64,000 nt of DNA from an uncultured Oceanospirillales bacterium (GTDB lineage: Bacteria > Pseudomonadota > Gammaproteobacteria > Xanthomonadales > SZUA-36): the NCBI GenBank assembly GCA_913055655.1, contig CAJXKA010000001.1, positions 680,842 through 744,841 on the forward strand, written 5' to 3'. The notes beneath the pieces were generated by a model. That model ran no database searches. It had not been told where the DNA came from and worked only from the letters and a program-made list of their open reading frames with translations. Below are positions 19,203 through 29,467 of this stretch, piece by piece. Every line of letters begins with the position of its first letter. Position 1 is the first letter of the stretch. The translations under genes were made by a program, and so were the position numbers.

Positions 19203-21170
19203 ATGGGCCACGAAATCTCTATTTCTCCTCTTGTGTATCTTTCGAGGCGCCGCCCGGCGCCTCGTTTTTTTCTTGCCGCCCTGCTGGTGGCCGCATTTGC
19301 GTGCCTGTCCGTCAGCGCCCGCGCCAGTTCCCTGGAGATGAACGTCGAAGGCGTGCCGGAAGAAATGGCGGAGAATATCAAGGCCTTCATCAGCACGCGC
19401 TGGGTGTCACCCGCGACATTCGTCGATGAGCGCCAGCGCCTGCGGTTTCGCGACAAGGCGGTTGAAGATGCGCGCCTGGCGCTGCGCCCGTACGGTTACT
19501 ACAACCCCGCGATCGAGACGGCACTGGAATCGGCCGGCGAAGAAACCTGGCGGCTGCAGGTTCGTGTCGACCCCGGCGAGCCGGTCCGGGTCGGCCAGGT
19601 GCGCGTGGAGGTCACGGGCGCCGGACAGGGGTCCCGGGCGCTGGGACGCTGGCGTGATGACTGGCCGCTGAATCCAGGCGATCGCCTGGACCAGTCCACC
19701 TGGGAAGCGCAGAAATCGGATGTGCTGGCGCGCGCCGAATCGCTCGGCTACCTTTCCGCGACATTCACTACCCAGGACATCGCCCTGGACCTGGTGGAGA
19801 ACCGCGCCGACCTGGCGCTGGTGCTCGACACCGGGCCGCGCGCGGTCATGGGTGATGTTGTCTTTCACCAGGACGTGGTCGACCCGGCGGTGCTGGCGAC
19901 CATCCCGCGTTTTGAACAGGGCGACCGTTACCGGATCATGTTGCTGGACCGGCTGCGCACGGACCTGTGGAAGACCGGCTACTTCGGTGAAATCGACGTC
20001 GCCGAGGTGCGTCGCCTGGACCAGGACCCACCGGTGGTGGACGTCCGGGTCACATTGCAGGGAAAGGCGCCGAACACGCACCAGACCTCCATCGGCTGGG
20101 GCACCGACACCGAGTTCCGTATGCAGTATCGCTGGCTGCGGAACCTGCTCTCCGAACGGGGCGATTCCCTCGCGCTCGGCGCCGGTTGGCAGAGCCGCTA
20201 CGAGGAACTGACGCTGTTCGGCGAGTACCGCCTGCCGCGGCGGGTGGACAGCCAGCAGTACTGGCTGGCGAATGGCCTGTACAAGACCGAGGTGCAGGAC
20301 CTTGAACTGGTCTCCAATGAAAGCGACGAGCGCTACACGCTGGGGAGTGCGCGGGTGGACACCGCCTCGGTGCGTGCGGGCCGGGCGCGGGTGATCGACC
20401 TGGGCTGGTCGACCGAGCCCATCGTCGAGACCATGTACGCCGAATACCTCTACGAGCGGAATGCCTTCGATCACCTGCTGGATAATCCACTGCCCAACTT
20501 ACCGGTGACGCCGGGGCCGGTCGACATCGTCGACTCCGGGTTCGGCGAGGCGGTGAACACGCTGTCGCTGGGCGTCGAGTATGACTGGCCCGTCATTCGT
20601 GGCAGCGGATTCCGCACGCGGGGGCACCACGAACGCGGCTGGCTCTTCACCAGCCAGGAAGCCTGGGGCTCCGACCGTTCATTCACACAGGCCTACGTGT
20701 CTTCGCGCTGGACCTTCATCCTGGCCGACCGGCTCAAATTACTGGTGCGCGGCGAGGTGGGGTACACGGACGCCGACGTCGCCGAGTTCGAGTTCGGGCC
20801 GGAGGACGACACCTTCCAGATTTCCGTCACCGACCTGCCGTTCAATTACCGCTTCAAGGCGGGCGGCAGCCGCAGTGTGCGTGGTTACGGTTACGAAGAG
20901 CTCAGCGACAACGGTATCGGTTCCAACAACATCATGACCGCCAGCGCCGAACTCGAATACCTGTTCCTGGACAAGTGGTCCGCGGCGGCGTTCGTTGATG
21001 TCGGCAACGCCTTCAATGACTGGGGCGACGCGGACCTGAAACGCGGCGTGGGCCTGGGCCTGCGCTGGTACACCATCGCCGGCGCGGTGCGCGTCGACGT
21101 CGCCCGTGGCCTCGACAGCGTCGAGGGTGACTGGCAGGTCCACCTGACCATCGGGACACCGCTGCTGTGA
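19203..21170 (+). CDS. tamA: Translocation and assembly module outer-membrane subunit TamA (Omp85 family)
   Basis: Signal peptide ...FACLSVSARA, POTRA-like N-terminal repeats, C-terminal Omp85 barrel. Overlaps the tamB start. The start codon is uncertain (19155 or 19203). Confidence 0.85.
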   Translation: MGHEISISPLVYLSRRRPAPRFFLAALLVAAFACLSVSARASSLEMNVEGVPEEMAENIKAFISTRWVSPATFVDERQRLRFRDKAVEDARLALRPYGYYNPAIETALESAGEETWRLQVRVDPGEPVRVGQVRVEVTGAGQGSRALGRWRDDWPLNPGDRLDQSTWEAQKSDVLARAESLGYLSATFTTQDIALDLVENRADLALVLDTGPRAVMGDVVFHQDVVDPAVLATIPRFEQGDRYRIMLLDRLRTDLWKTGYFGEIDVAEVRRLDQDPPVVDVRVTLQGKAPNTHQTSIGWGTDTEFRMQYRWLRNLLSERGDSLALGAGWQSRYEELTLFGEYRLPRRVDSQQYWLANGLYKTEVQDLELVSNESDERYTLGSARVDTASVRAGRARVIDLGWSTEPIVETMYAEYLYERNAFDHLLDNPLPNLPVTPGPVDIVDSGFGEAVNTLSLGVEYDWPVIRGSGFRTRGHHERGWLFTSQEAWGSDRSFTQAYVSSRWTFILADRLKLLVRGEVGYTDADVAEFEFGPEDDTFQISVTDLPFNYRFKAGGSRSVRGYGYEELSDNGIGSNNIMTASAELEYLFLDKWSAAAFVDVGNAFNDWGDADLKRGVGLGLRWYTIAGAVRVDVARGLDSVEGDWQVHLTIGTPLL

Positions 21171-24100
21171 AACGTCTCGCCTGGATCATATTGCTGCTGG
21201 TGCCGCTGCTGCTGGTCACCGGCGCCTGGTACGGCCTGCACTGGCTACAGACCGGCGAGGCCGGGGCGAAGTGGCTGCTGGCCCGGGCCGAGCGGGCGAC
21301 CGGCGGGCAGCTGGTCGTCGGTGCGTCCAGCGGGACGCTGCACGACGGCCTGGTGATCGAAAACCTGGAATGGAACGGCGACGGCGCGCACATCAGCGTG
21401 GGCCGCATCGGGCTGCGGCTGGAGGCCAGTCTCTGGCCGCGGCGGGTGGACGTCCGGCAGCTCAGGGCGTCATCCGTGCGAATTCAATCGGGCCTCGTGG
21501 CATCGGCCGGCGAATCGACCATCGCGGACGTGCTTCGCGGGCTGGTGCTGCCCTGGGACATCACGCTGCAGGTGGACGATGCGGTGGTCGAAGGCTTGGG
21601 CTGGTCCCACCGCGGCGCGGACACCCTGAAAGAGGGGCGACTGTCGCTTTCCGGCCGCTGGAATGACCGGATCGCACTCGAATCGGCAACATTCAGTTCC
21701 GAGTTTTTTGACGGTGACATCAGCGGCGAGGTCGAACTTGTCAGCGACCTGTCAGCGAGCGTCGAGGTGGGCGGCACCGTGTCGGCCCGCGGTACCGGCG
21801 AGACGCTGGTTGACGGGCTTCGCCTGCACCTTGAGGGCGACGAGGCGCGCCTGGAGGTCGATGCCGTGGCCACCAGACCAGCCGCGACCGCCCAGGGTGG
21901 CATCGTCGACCCCTTCGGGGACTGGCGGGTGGCGCTGGAGTCCAGCCTGCCCGAATGGCGGATGGATGGGGAAAACCCGGTGGTGATCCGCGAGGTCATC
22001 ACGCAAGTCGAGGGCCGGCATGACGACTGGGCGACACGGATCAGCGGGGTACTGGCTGCCACGCCGGTTTCCGGCCGCTTCGAAATCGAGGCGAATGGAA
22101 ACCTGGATGGCGCTCAGTTGGACACGTTTACCCTGGACGGTGAACTGGCGGAACTGCAGGGAAGTGGACAGATCTCCTGGGTCGACCATCCTGCCCTGGA
22201 CGCAGTCATCGAAGCCGGGCGAATTTCGCCGTGGCATGCCTGGCAGGGGTGGCCGGAAAATGCGCCGCTGTCTGGCAATGTGGCCCTGCGTTACGTCGAT
22301 GGCGTGCTTGATGTGAGCGATGGCGCCCTGCGTGACGGCAGCGATGGCGAGGTCACGTTTAGCGCGACGCATGATTTCGACGGCAGCCATACCGAGGCCG
22401 AGGCGCAATGGCAATCACTCCGCTGGCCGCCGACAGGTGGCGGGGCGCCCATGGTCGTCAGCGACGGTGCCGGCACCGTCACGGGCAAGCCGGATGACTG
22501 GCATGCCACCGCGGCGTTCGGCATTCGAACCCCGGACCACCCACAGGGGCAGGTCCGCCTGGATGCGCAGGGTGACCGTCATGGTGCGCGCGTGCGGCAA
22601 TTCGGTGGCGAGGCACTGGGCGGGCGTTTCGAAGGGCACGGCAGCGTTGGGTGGCGTGACAACCCCGTCATCGACGTCGCCTGGACGGTGGACCAGGTCG
22701 ACCTGGGCGCGGTGGTCAGTGACCTGCCCATGGTGGTCTCCGCCGATGGTGAACTGGTATGGAACATGGCGGATGAACGGGCCAGGCTGTCGGTGCCGCG
22801 GCTTGGTGGCATGGTCGAAGGGCAGCCGTTCAGCGGCCGCGTGACGGCGGTGCTGGGGCCCGAGGGCTGGGCGCTCCCCGAATTTGATCTCGTGGCTGAA
22901 CGCCTGCAGTTCCAGGACATCGTCGTCCACAACCTGTCGGTGGCCCCGGCGGCAGGCGAAACGGACGTGATGCGGCTACAGGCCGGCCCGCTGGAAAAGG
23001 GTGACCAGGTCGTGGACTTTGCCCACCTGGAACTGGATTACGGGCGGCAGGACCCCCGGCTTGAATGGGTCATCACGCGCGACCGCCTGCGCCTGGACGG
23101 GCGGGCCGAAATGGCGCCGGTGACGGGCCAGCCGGGACGATGGGGCGGTACGCTGCAGGCGCTTGAACTCCACCAGGAAGACGAACAACTGGTTCGGCTC
23201 AGGACGCCCGCCGAACTAGGCTATGGCGATGCCCGCTTCGAGGCCAGTGCGCTTTGCCTGGATTTCTCGCTGTCCGGCGGACTTTGTGCAAACACGGTTC
23301 GGGTCGGGGCGGGCGCGGTGGAGCTGGCCGTGTCGTTGGAACAGGTCCCGCTGGCGCTGGCGGAGTGGCTCTGGGACTACAACCTGCGCCTGACCCAGGT
23401 GGTGGACGGCAACTTTTACTGGCGGCGTGGCGAGGGGCTGCCCACCGGCAACGCCCACCTGGTGATCAGCGCGGGTGAAATCGCCGATTCGGGCGGATCG
23501 GAATCCATCCAGACGGGTAACGGGCTGGTGAGCTTTGTGCTGCAGGACGGCATGCTGCGGTCGGGCATCATCGCGTTACCGCTGCCAGGCACCGGCGCCA
23601 TCGACGCCGAGTTCGAGATCGCGGGGCTTGCGCTCGATGGCACCGGCCGCGTGTCCGGACGCCTGCGTTCCAATATCGACGACGTGACCGTGCTCGAATC
23701 CCTGCTGCCCGGCATCGACGGCGTCGATGGGCGATTGTCGGTCGACCTCGGCGTCAGCGGCGTGGTCGCGGACCCGAAGCTGGATGGTTTCGTGCGCATC
23801 GAGCAGGGTCGTTTCGATATGCCTGCGCTGGGCCTGGAGATTCGCAACCTGGCGCTGGATGGCGAGGTTTCCAGCCAGGACCTGCTGGTCCTCAGGGGTG
23901 GTTTCGTCGCCGGCGACGGCCAGGGCGAACTGGAAGCCCGGATCAACTATGCGCAGGCCGATAACCTGGCGGGACAACTGCATATAGGCGGCGAACGGCT
24001 GTTGCTGGCGGACCTGCCCGACCTGCAGGTCAGGGTTGACCCCGACATGACAATCGCCTGGCGCCGGAATCGTTGGCTCATCGACGGCGAGGTGGTCATA

Positions 24101-24808
24101 CCCCATGCACGCGTATCGCCGAGCAGCGAGTTCCAGGCCCGGACGGGCGAAAGCGCCGATGTTCGGGTGGTGGCCGGCAGCAAGCCGGGCGAGCAGCCGC
24201 AATCGGTATCGGAGCCGCTCAGCCTGGAAGGGGAACTCATGGTCCGCCTGGGCGAGGACGTCAGGTTTGATTCCGACCTCGCCAGCGGCCGCTTGCAGGG
24301 CACGGTCGGGTTGACCTGGAATGGCCAGGCCATGCCGGTGGCCAGTGGCGCCGTCGACGTGTTCGGCGACGTGCGGGCATACGGGCCAGTGCTGCGCCTG
24401 GACGATGCCCACGTGCGTTTCCCCGACGTGGCGCTGAACAACCCGGTGCTGGATATTCGTGCCGAGCGGGAAATCTACGGCAACACCCAGGTCCGCTCCG
24501 CCGGCGTGTTCATCAGCGGTACCGCGCGGCGCCCCGATGTCGAGGCATATACGCGGCCGTTCACGACCGAGGAGCGCGCCTGGACGCTGCTGATCACCGG
24601 CAGCGATATCGATTACAGCCAAGGCATCGGCGCGTTCGACATCGGTACCTATATCGCGCCGCGGCTATACCTGAGCTATGGCATCAGCCTGTTCGACAAC
24701 GAGAACGTGGTCGGCATCCGCTACGACCTGAAGAAGGGCTTCGGCATCAAGGCCACTACCGGCGAGCACGAATCCGGCATCGACGCCTCGTACACGTTCG
24801 ACCACTAA
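21167..24808 (+). CDS. tamB: Translocation and assembly module inner-membrane subunit TamB (DUF490)
   Basis: 1213 aa; N-terminal TM anchor; long beta-rich body; conserved C-terminal DUF490-like end ...GIRYDLKKGFGIKATTGEHESGIDASYTF. GTGA overlap with tamA. Confidence 0.9.
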   Translation: MKRLAWIILLLVPLLLVTGAWYGLHWLQTGEAGAKWLLARAERATGGQLVVGASSGTLHDGLVIENLEWNGDGAHISVGRIGLRLEASLWPRRVDVRQLRASSVRIQSGLVASAGESTIADVLRGLVLPWDITLQVDDAVVEGLGWSHRGADTLKEGRLSLSGRWNDRIALESATFSSEFFDGDISGEVELVSDLSASVEVGGTVSARGTGETLVDGLRLHLEGDEARLEVDAVATRPAATAQGGIVDPFGDWRVALESSLPEWRMDGENPVVIREVITQVEGRHDDWATRISGVLAATPVSGRFEIEANGNLDGAQLDTFTLDGELAELQGSGQISWVDHPALDAVIEAGRISPWHAWQGWPENAPLSGNVALRYVDGVLDVSDGALRDGSDGEVTFSATHDFDGSHTEAEAQWQSLRWPPTGGGAPMVVSDGAGTVTGKPDDWHATAAFGIRTPDHPQGQVRLDAQGDRHGARVRQFGGEALGGRFEGHGSVGWRDNPVIDVAWTVDQVDLGAVVSDLPMVVSADGELVWNMADERARLSVPRLGGMVEGQPFSGRVTAVLGPEGWALPEFDLVAERLQFQDIVVHNLSVAPAAGETDVMRLQAGPLEKGDQVVDFAHLELDYGRQDPRLEWVITRDRLRLDGRAEMAPVTGQPGRWGGTLQALELHQEDEQLVRLRTPAELGYGDARFEASALCLDFSLSGGLCANTVRVGAGAVELAVSLEQVPLALAEWLWDYNLRLTQVVDGNFYWRRGEGLPTGNAHLVISAGEIADSGGSESIQTGNGLVSFVLQDGMLRSGIIALPLPGTGAIDAEFEIAGLALDGTGRVSGRLRSNIDDVTVLESLLPGIDGVDGRLSVDLGVSGVVADPKLDGFVRIEQGRFDMPALGLEIRNLALDGEVSSQDLLVLRGGFVAGDGQGELEARINYAQADNLAGQLHIGGERLLLADLPDLQVRVDPDMTIAWRRNRWLIDGEVVIPHARVSPSSEFQARTGESADVRVVAGSKPGEQPQSVSEPLSLEGELMVRLGEDVRFDSDLASGRLQGTVGLTWNGQAMPVASGAVDVFGDVRAYGPVLRLDDAHVRFPDVALNNPVLDIRAEREIYGNTQVRSAGVFISGTARRPDVEAYTRPFTTEERAWTLLITGSDIDYSQGIGAFDIGTYIAPRLYLSYGISLFDNENVVGIRYDLKKGFGIKATTGEHESGIDASYTFDH

Positions 24809-24809
24809 C

Positions 24810-25472
24810 TCACCAGCGGCCTTCCTCGAGCGCGTCGCCCAGGGTGTTCGCCCAGCCGCGCAGTGCGCGCTTCGCGTCGGCCACGTTGCTCGGGCGGGTA
24901 CGCCATTCCATGTAATCCCAGCGCGGGTCTTCCTTGTGGTCGCTGACCTGCACCAGCGGCCGGCCGCTGGCGCCATCGGCCAGGGTCAGTGCCAGCGTCA
25001 TTTCGCCGGCGGACTGGGAATAGCGTTCCACGCGGGCGGCGCGCTGGATGTCCGGTGCGACGATGTCGAGGTCGACGATATCCGGGCGAACGACGAGTAC
25101 GCCCTCGCCGGGCTGCTCACTCAGCTTGAAGCCGCGCTTTTCAAGCGTCTCGCGGAACACCCGTTCGGTCAGTTCGGTGTAGTCGCTGACCAGTTTTTCC
25201 TCGTCTTCCGGGTAAATCCGCGTGCCGGGCTGCTGGCGATTGAAGTCGCGCGCCCAGTTCTCCTTGAAGCGGACGGTGGGGGTCTGTACGAAAAGGGCGT
25301 CATAACCGGACACCCTTGTGCCCGTGTCAACGTAAACCGTGTCGAGATCGCGGTCGGCCACCAGGCGCAGGCCGTTTTCATTGACCCGCGGCGTGGCCTC
25401 CCCGGCCAGTGCGCCGGTCACGAAAGTGGCGGTTGCCAGCGCCAGTGCAAAACAGGTGGTGAAGCGGACCAT
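24810..25472 (-). CDS. Secreted protein / lipoprotein, DUF3313-like
   Basis: 220 aa; N-terminal signal sequence MVRFTTCFALALATATFVTGALA. Family assignment is from memory and tentative. Confidence 0.6.
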   Translation of the reverse strand: MVRFTTCFALALATATFVTGALAGEATPRVNENGLRLVADRDLDTVYVDTGTRVSGYDALFVQTPTVRFKENWARDFNRQQPGTRIYPEDEEKLVSDYTELTERVFRETLEKRGFKLSEQPGEGVLVVRPDIVDLDIVAPDIQRAARVERYSQSAGEMTLALTLADGASGRPLVQVSDHKEDPRWDYMEWRTRPSNVADAKRALRGWANTLGDALEEGRW

Positions 25473-25518
25473 TCAACAGCTCCTGCCGGAATTCCCGGCG
25501 ACGATTGCCGATACGATA

Positions 25519-25809
25519 TCAGACCGCCTGGCGTCCCCGGGAGTTCCTGCCACGGGGTGACGGCAGGCGCTGCCAGAACGCGTGCGCGACCTGGTACGGA
25601 CCAACCAGCAGCAGCATCGGCGAGACGATCACCACCGTCATCGCGACATTCCACGACAGGACATCCCATCCGCTCAGCGCATGCGACTGGCGCCAGGCCA
25701 GCATCCGCGCAACAACGTCCGGGTACCAGATGATGCCGACGAGGAACACCGGCACCTGGACGGCGAAGATGAGGGCGTACGTCATGCGGACAAGCAGCGA
25801 TCGGTTCAT
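25519..25809 (-). CDS. Small hypothetical membrane protein
   Basis: About 96 aa from MNRSLLVRMTYALIFAVQVPVFLVGII, with two or three hydrophobic helices. No homology recognised. Confidence 0.35.
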   Translation of the reverse strand: MNRSLLVRMTYALIFAVQVPVFLVGIIWYPDVVARMLAWRQSHALSGWDVLSWNVAMTVVIVSPMLLLVGPYQVAHAFWQRLPSPRGRNSRGRQAV

Positions 25810-25994
25810 GGTGGCGCGGACTCCTGCGTGCCCCGGGGGGGCGGACAGGAACAGCATGGCGTGCACGGAAATGCCTCGCTTGCCGGGGCAGGACAATCAA
25901 TTGACCGAACGGACAAGGGCCATCCGGAAAGGACCTCGACGGCCAGAACGAAAAAAGCCCACGGCGAAACCGCGGGCCTTGATCGTCTTGATAA

Positions 25995-26071
25995 TGGTCG
26001 GCGTGGCAGGATTTGAACCTGCGACCCCTTCAACCCGAATGAAGTGCGCTACCAGGCTGCGCCACACGCCG
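25995..26071 (-). tRNA. tRNA-Pro (CGG)
   Basis: The reverse complement gives CGGCGTG...CTTCA-TTCGGGT-TGAAG...GGTTCAAATCC...CACGCCGACCA. Confidence 0.95.
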
Positions 26072-26347
26072 ACGAAGGGCGGGTATTCTACCGGACAAAT
26101 CTCGCGCATGGAAGGCAATTGAAGGCCCAGTTCCGGGACGTGAGAATTTGTTAAGAATTCGTAATTCAATCCTGCTAGAATCGTCCGTGCACCCAACGTC
26201 GGGTGCAGGGGAGGGCGCCAGGGCAGAAGGATCGGAAACGACCGTGCTGACCATATGTAACGGCGAATTAACGATCCGGATTTGTGTAACGGTTCTGTCA
26301 CGTCCCCCTGTGAAGATCACACGATGATTTTTTCTGGGGAGTCAAAA

Positions 26348-29347
26348 ATGAACTTCAATCGTCGCTTGTCGTGGTCCGTGCTCGCGCTGGCCGCATTCCT
26401 GTTCCTGCCCATGGCGGCCATGGCACAGGAAACCTCATCCGCGCTGCGCGTGGACACCTATTCCGGTGATGGATCAGTCGTTCCCGGCGTGTCCGTCACG
26501 GTTACCGATACCCGCACGGGTACATCACGCACCAGCAGCACCGGTAATTCCGGGTCGGTGACATTTTCGGGGTTACGCGTCGGTGGTCCTTACACCGTCG
26601 TTGCAGCCTCTGATGCCTACGGCAACCAGACGGTGACGGATGTCTTCCTGAGCCTGGGTGATACCTACAACCTGCCGCTCGCGCTGAGTTCAGTCACGAT
26701 GGAAGAAGTGATCGTGACGGCCGCGCAGGTGCAGACCGGGCAGATTGCCATGGGGCCAAACGCCAACTTCGGCCTGGAAACCCTCGAAACGGCGCCGGCG
26801 ATCAACCGCAACATCACGGACGTCATTCGCGCCGACCCGCGTATTTACGTGGATGAATCCCGCGGTGACATCAACGCGATCCAGTGCGGCGGCAAGAACT
26901 CCCGCTTCAACAGCCTGACCCTGGACGGCGTTCGCATGAACGACTCCTTCGGCCTGAACTCGAACGGTTACCCCACCGAGCGCATGCCGTTCTCCTACGA
27001 CGCCATCAACGAGGTGTCCGTGGAACTGGCGCCGTTCGACGTCATCTACGGTGGTTTCACCGCGTGTAACATCAACGCGGTCACCAAGACCGGTGGCAAC
27101 GAATTCTTCGGTGGTGGTTTCTACGACTACACCAACGACGACCTTCGCGGTGACAGCCTGGAAGGCGACAAGATTAATACCGGTAGCTACTCCGAATCTC
27201 GTTATGGCGTGACCTTCGGTGGCCCGATTATCCGGGACAACCTGTTCTTCTTCGCTGCCTACGAAAAGCTGGAAGGCGCCAACCTGTTCGACCGTGGCCC
27301 GCTGGGTTCCGGCGCGGTCAACGAGGTCGACCTTTCCCAGGCGGACCTGAACGAGATCGCCCAGATTGCCCGTGACCTGTACGGCTACGATCCGGGCCCG
27401 GTTCCGCAGAGCCTGGACAATGAAGACGAGAAAATCCTGGTCAGGCTGGACTGGTTCATCAACGACTTCCACAACATCGCGTTCACGTACAACTGGAACG
27501 ACGGTAACAACTACACGGAATCGGATGGCGACATCAACGAGTTTGAGTTCCTGAACCACCTCTACGAGCGTGGCGCGGAACTGACGTCCTACGTCGGCTC
27601 GCTGAATTCACACTGGACCGACAACTTTTCCACCGAGTTCCGCCTGACCTACCAGGACCTGAAGAACCGCCAGATTTCCTACAACGGTACGGACTTCGGC
27701 GAAATCCGGGTCGAGACGCCCAACGTGGACGTCTACCTGGGTGCGGACGACAGCCGCCAGTCCAACGTCCTGAACTGGGACAGCGTCGGCCTGGTGCTGA
27801 AAGGCCATTACGAACTGGACAACCACTACCTGACGTTCGGTTACGAGCGCGAGGAACTGGATGTCTTCAACCTGTTCGTGCAGCACAGCGAGACCGAGAT
27901 CCGTTTCGACGGTATCGAGAACTTCCGCAACGGCTACGCTGACGCGATCTACTACAACAACGCACCGTCGAATAACCCCGAAGATGCCGCGGCCGACTGG
28001 GGGTATGAACTCAACACGATCTATGGCCAGGATGAGTTCACGATTGGTGACAGCATCACGGTCGTCGCCGGCCTGCGTTACGACTGGTACACGACCGGCA
28101 CCGCCCCGGTGGAGAACACCGACTTCACGGCGGAGTACGGGTTCCCGAACACCAACACGGTGGACGGCCTGGACCTGATCCAGCCCCGCCTGGGTGTGAC
28201 CTGGAACATTACCCCCGACACGACACTGACGGGTGGTATTGGCCTGTACTCGGGCGGCAACCCGAATGTCTGGCTGTCGAACAACTACTCGGCCAACAAC
28301 GTGCTGCAGTTCGGCCAGCGTGGCCGCTCCTTCGGCTACACCGACGGTTCGCGTTCGCTGTTTGATTCGGACATCGTCTGGCAGGCCTGCGAAAGCGGCG
28401 TGCCGACGGGTCCCGGCTACTGTATCCCGGGTGAGCTGTACGACGCGGTCGCCATGGGCGTGGGTGATAACTTCGAGATCAACTACCTGGATCCCGATTT
28501 CGAACTGCCGAGCGAATGGAAGTTCGCCCTGGGCCTGCAGCACTACTTCCTGGACGACTGGCTGTTCACGGCTGACTTCCTGTGGACCGAAGGCCAGGAT
28601 TCCGCGATGGTTCTGCACGGCGACCTGGAGCAGATCGGCACCAATCCCGACGGCTACCCCATTTACGACAGCGTCAGGGAGCCAAGTTTCGTGCTGACCA
28701 ACAGCGACGTGGGCAACCGCTCGAAGCTGCTGTCATTCGGTATTTACAAGGAGTGGATGAACGGCATCGACATGTCGGCCGGCTATTCCTACAGCGATGC
28801 TGAAGACGTGCAGCCAATGACCAGCTCGGTGGCGTTCTCCAACTACACCAGCCGTGCATTCTTCGATCCGGAAGAAGATGTTCGTTCGACCTCGAACTAC
28901 AACATCCGTCACCGCTTTACGCTGACCAGCAACTGGCGGAAGATGTGGGGCGACAGCATCGATTCGGTCGTGTCCCTGTACGGTTCTGCCAACGAAGGCC
29001 GCCCGTTCAGCTACACCTACGACGGCACCATCGACCCGTACAACTTCACGCCTTACCTGGACTTCCTGCCGATCGTGCTGGAGCCGGGTGACGAACGTAA
29101 CGGCGAGTACGGTTCATGGTGGAGCAAGCTCGACATGCGTGTTGAGGTCGGCTTCCCGGTGTTTGGCGGTACCCGCCGCGCATCGGTCTTCATGCTGATC
29201 GACAACCTGACGAACCTGCTGAACGACGACTGGGGTGTGCTGAAACAGCACAACTTCCCGCGTACCGTTGAGCGCGGCACCGAAGAAGCCCGGATTGGTG
29301 ACGCTTCGCGTTACGAGATTCGCTTCGGCGCCAAGTTCGAGTTCTAA
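26348..29347 (+). CDS. TonB-dependent receptor with N-terminal carboxypeptidase-regulatory-like domain (Oar-like)
   Basis: Signal peptide MNFNRRLSWSVLALAAFLFLPMAAMA. CarboxypepD_reg-like segment, plug and barrel. Terminal ...RFGAKFEF (C-terminal Phe). Confidence 0.9.
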   Translation: MNFNRRLSWSVLALAAFLFLPMAAMAQETSSALRVDTYSGDGSVVPGVSVTVTDTRTGTSRTSSTGNSGSVTFSGLRVGGPYTVVAASDAYGNQTVTDVFLSLGDTYNLPLALSSVTMEEVIVTAAQVQTGQIAMGPNANFGLETLETAPAINRNITDVIRADPRIYVDESRGDINAIQCGGKNSRFNSLTLDGVRMNDSFGLNSNGYPTERMPFSYDAINEVSVELAPFDVIYGGFTACNINAVTKTGGNEFFGGGFYDYTNDDLRGDSLEGDKINTGSYSESRYGVTFGGPIIRDNLFFFAAYEKLEGANLFDRGPLGSGAVNEVDLSQADLNEIAQIARDLYGYDPGPVPQSLDNEDEKILVRLDWFINDFHNIAFTYNWNDGNNYTESDGDINEFEFLNHLYERGAELTSYVGSLNSHWTDNFSTEFRLTYQDLKNRQISYNGTDFGEIRVETPNVDVYLGADDSRQSNVLNWDSVGLVLKGHYELDNHYLTFGYEREELDVFNLFVQHSETEIRFDGIENFRNGYADAIYYNNAPSNNPEDAAADWGYELNTIYGQDEFTIGDSITVVAGLRYDWYTTGTAPVENTDFTAEYGFPNTNTVDGLDLIQPRLGVTWNITPDTTLTGGIGLYSGGNPNVWLSNNYSANNVLQFGQRGRSFGYTDGSRSLFDSDIVWQACESGVPTGPGYCIPGELYDAVAMGVGDNFEINYLDPDFELPSEWKFALGLQHYFLDDWLFTADFLWTEGQDSAMVLHGDLEQIGTNPDGYPIYDSVREPSFVLTNSDVGNRSKLLSFGIYKEWMNGIDMSAGYSYSDAEDVQPMTSSVAFSNYTSRAFFDPEEDVRSTSNYNIRHRFTLTSNWRKMWGDSIDSVVSLYGSANEGRPFSYTYDGTIDPYNFTPYLDFLPIVLEPGDERNGEYGSWWSKLDMRVEVGFPVFGGTRRASVFMLIDNLTNLLNDDWGVLKQHNFPRTVERGTEEARIGDASRYEIRFGAKFEF

Positions 29348-29376
29348 GAAACGCGAAAAACTGGCGTGACAATGGA

Positions 29377-29406
29377 GGGGTCGGCTTCTGCCGGCCCCTT
29401 TTTTTG
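29377..29406 (+). terminator. Rho-independent terminator of the receptor gene
   Basis: GGGGTCGGC-TTCT-GCCGGCCCC followed by TTTTTTT. Confidence 0.65.
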
Positions 29407-29467
29407 TCGTTAGAATGGGCGGCATCAGAATTTGAAGAAATGACACAAAAAGTACCTGGAGAATCAC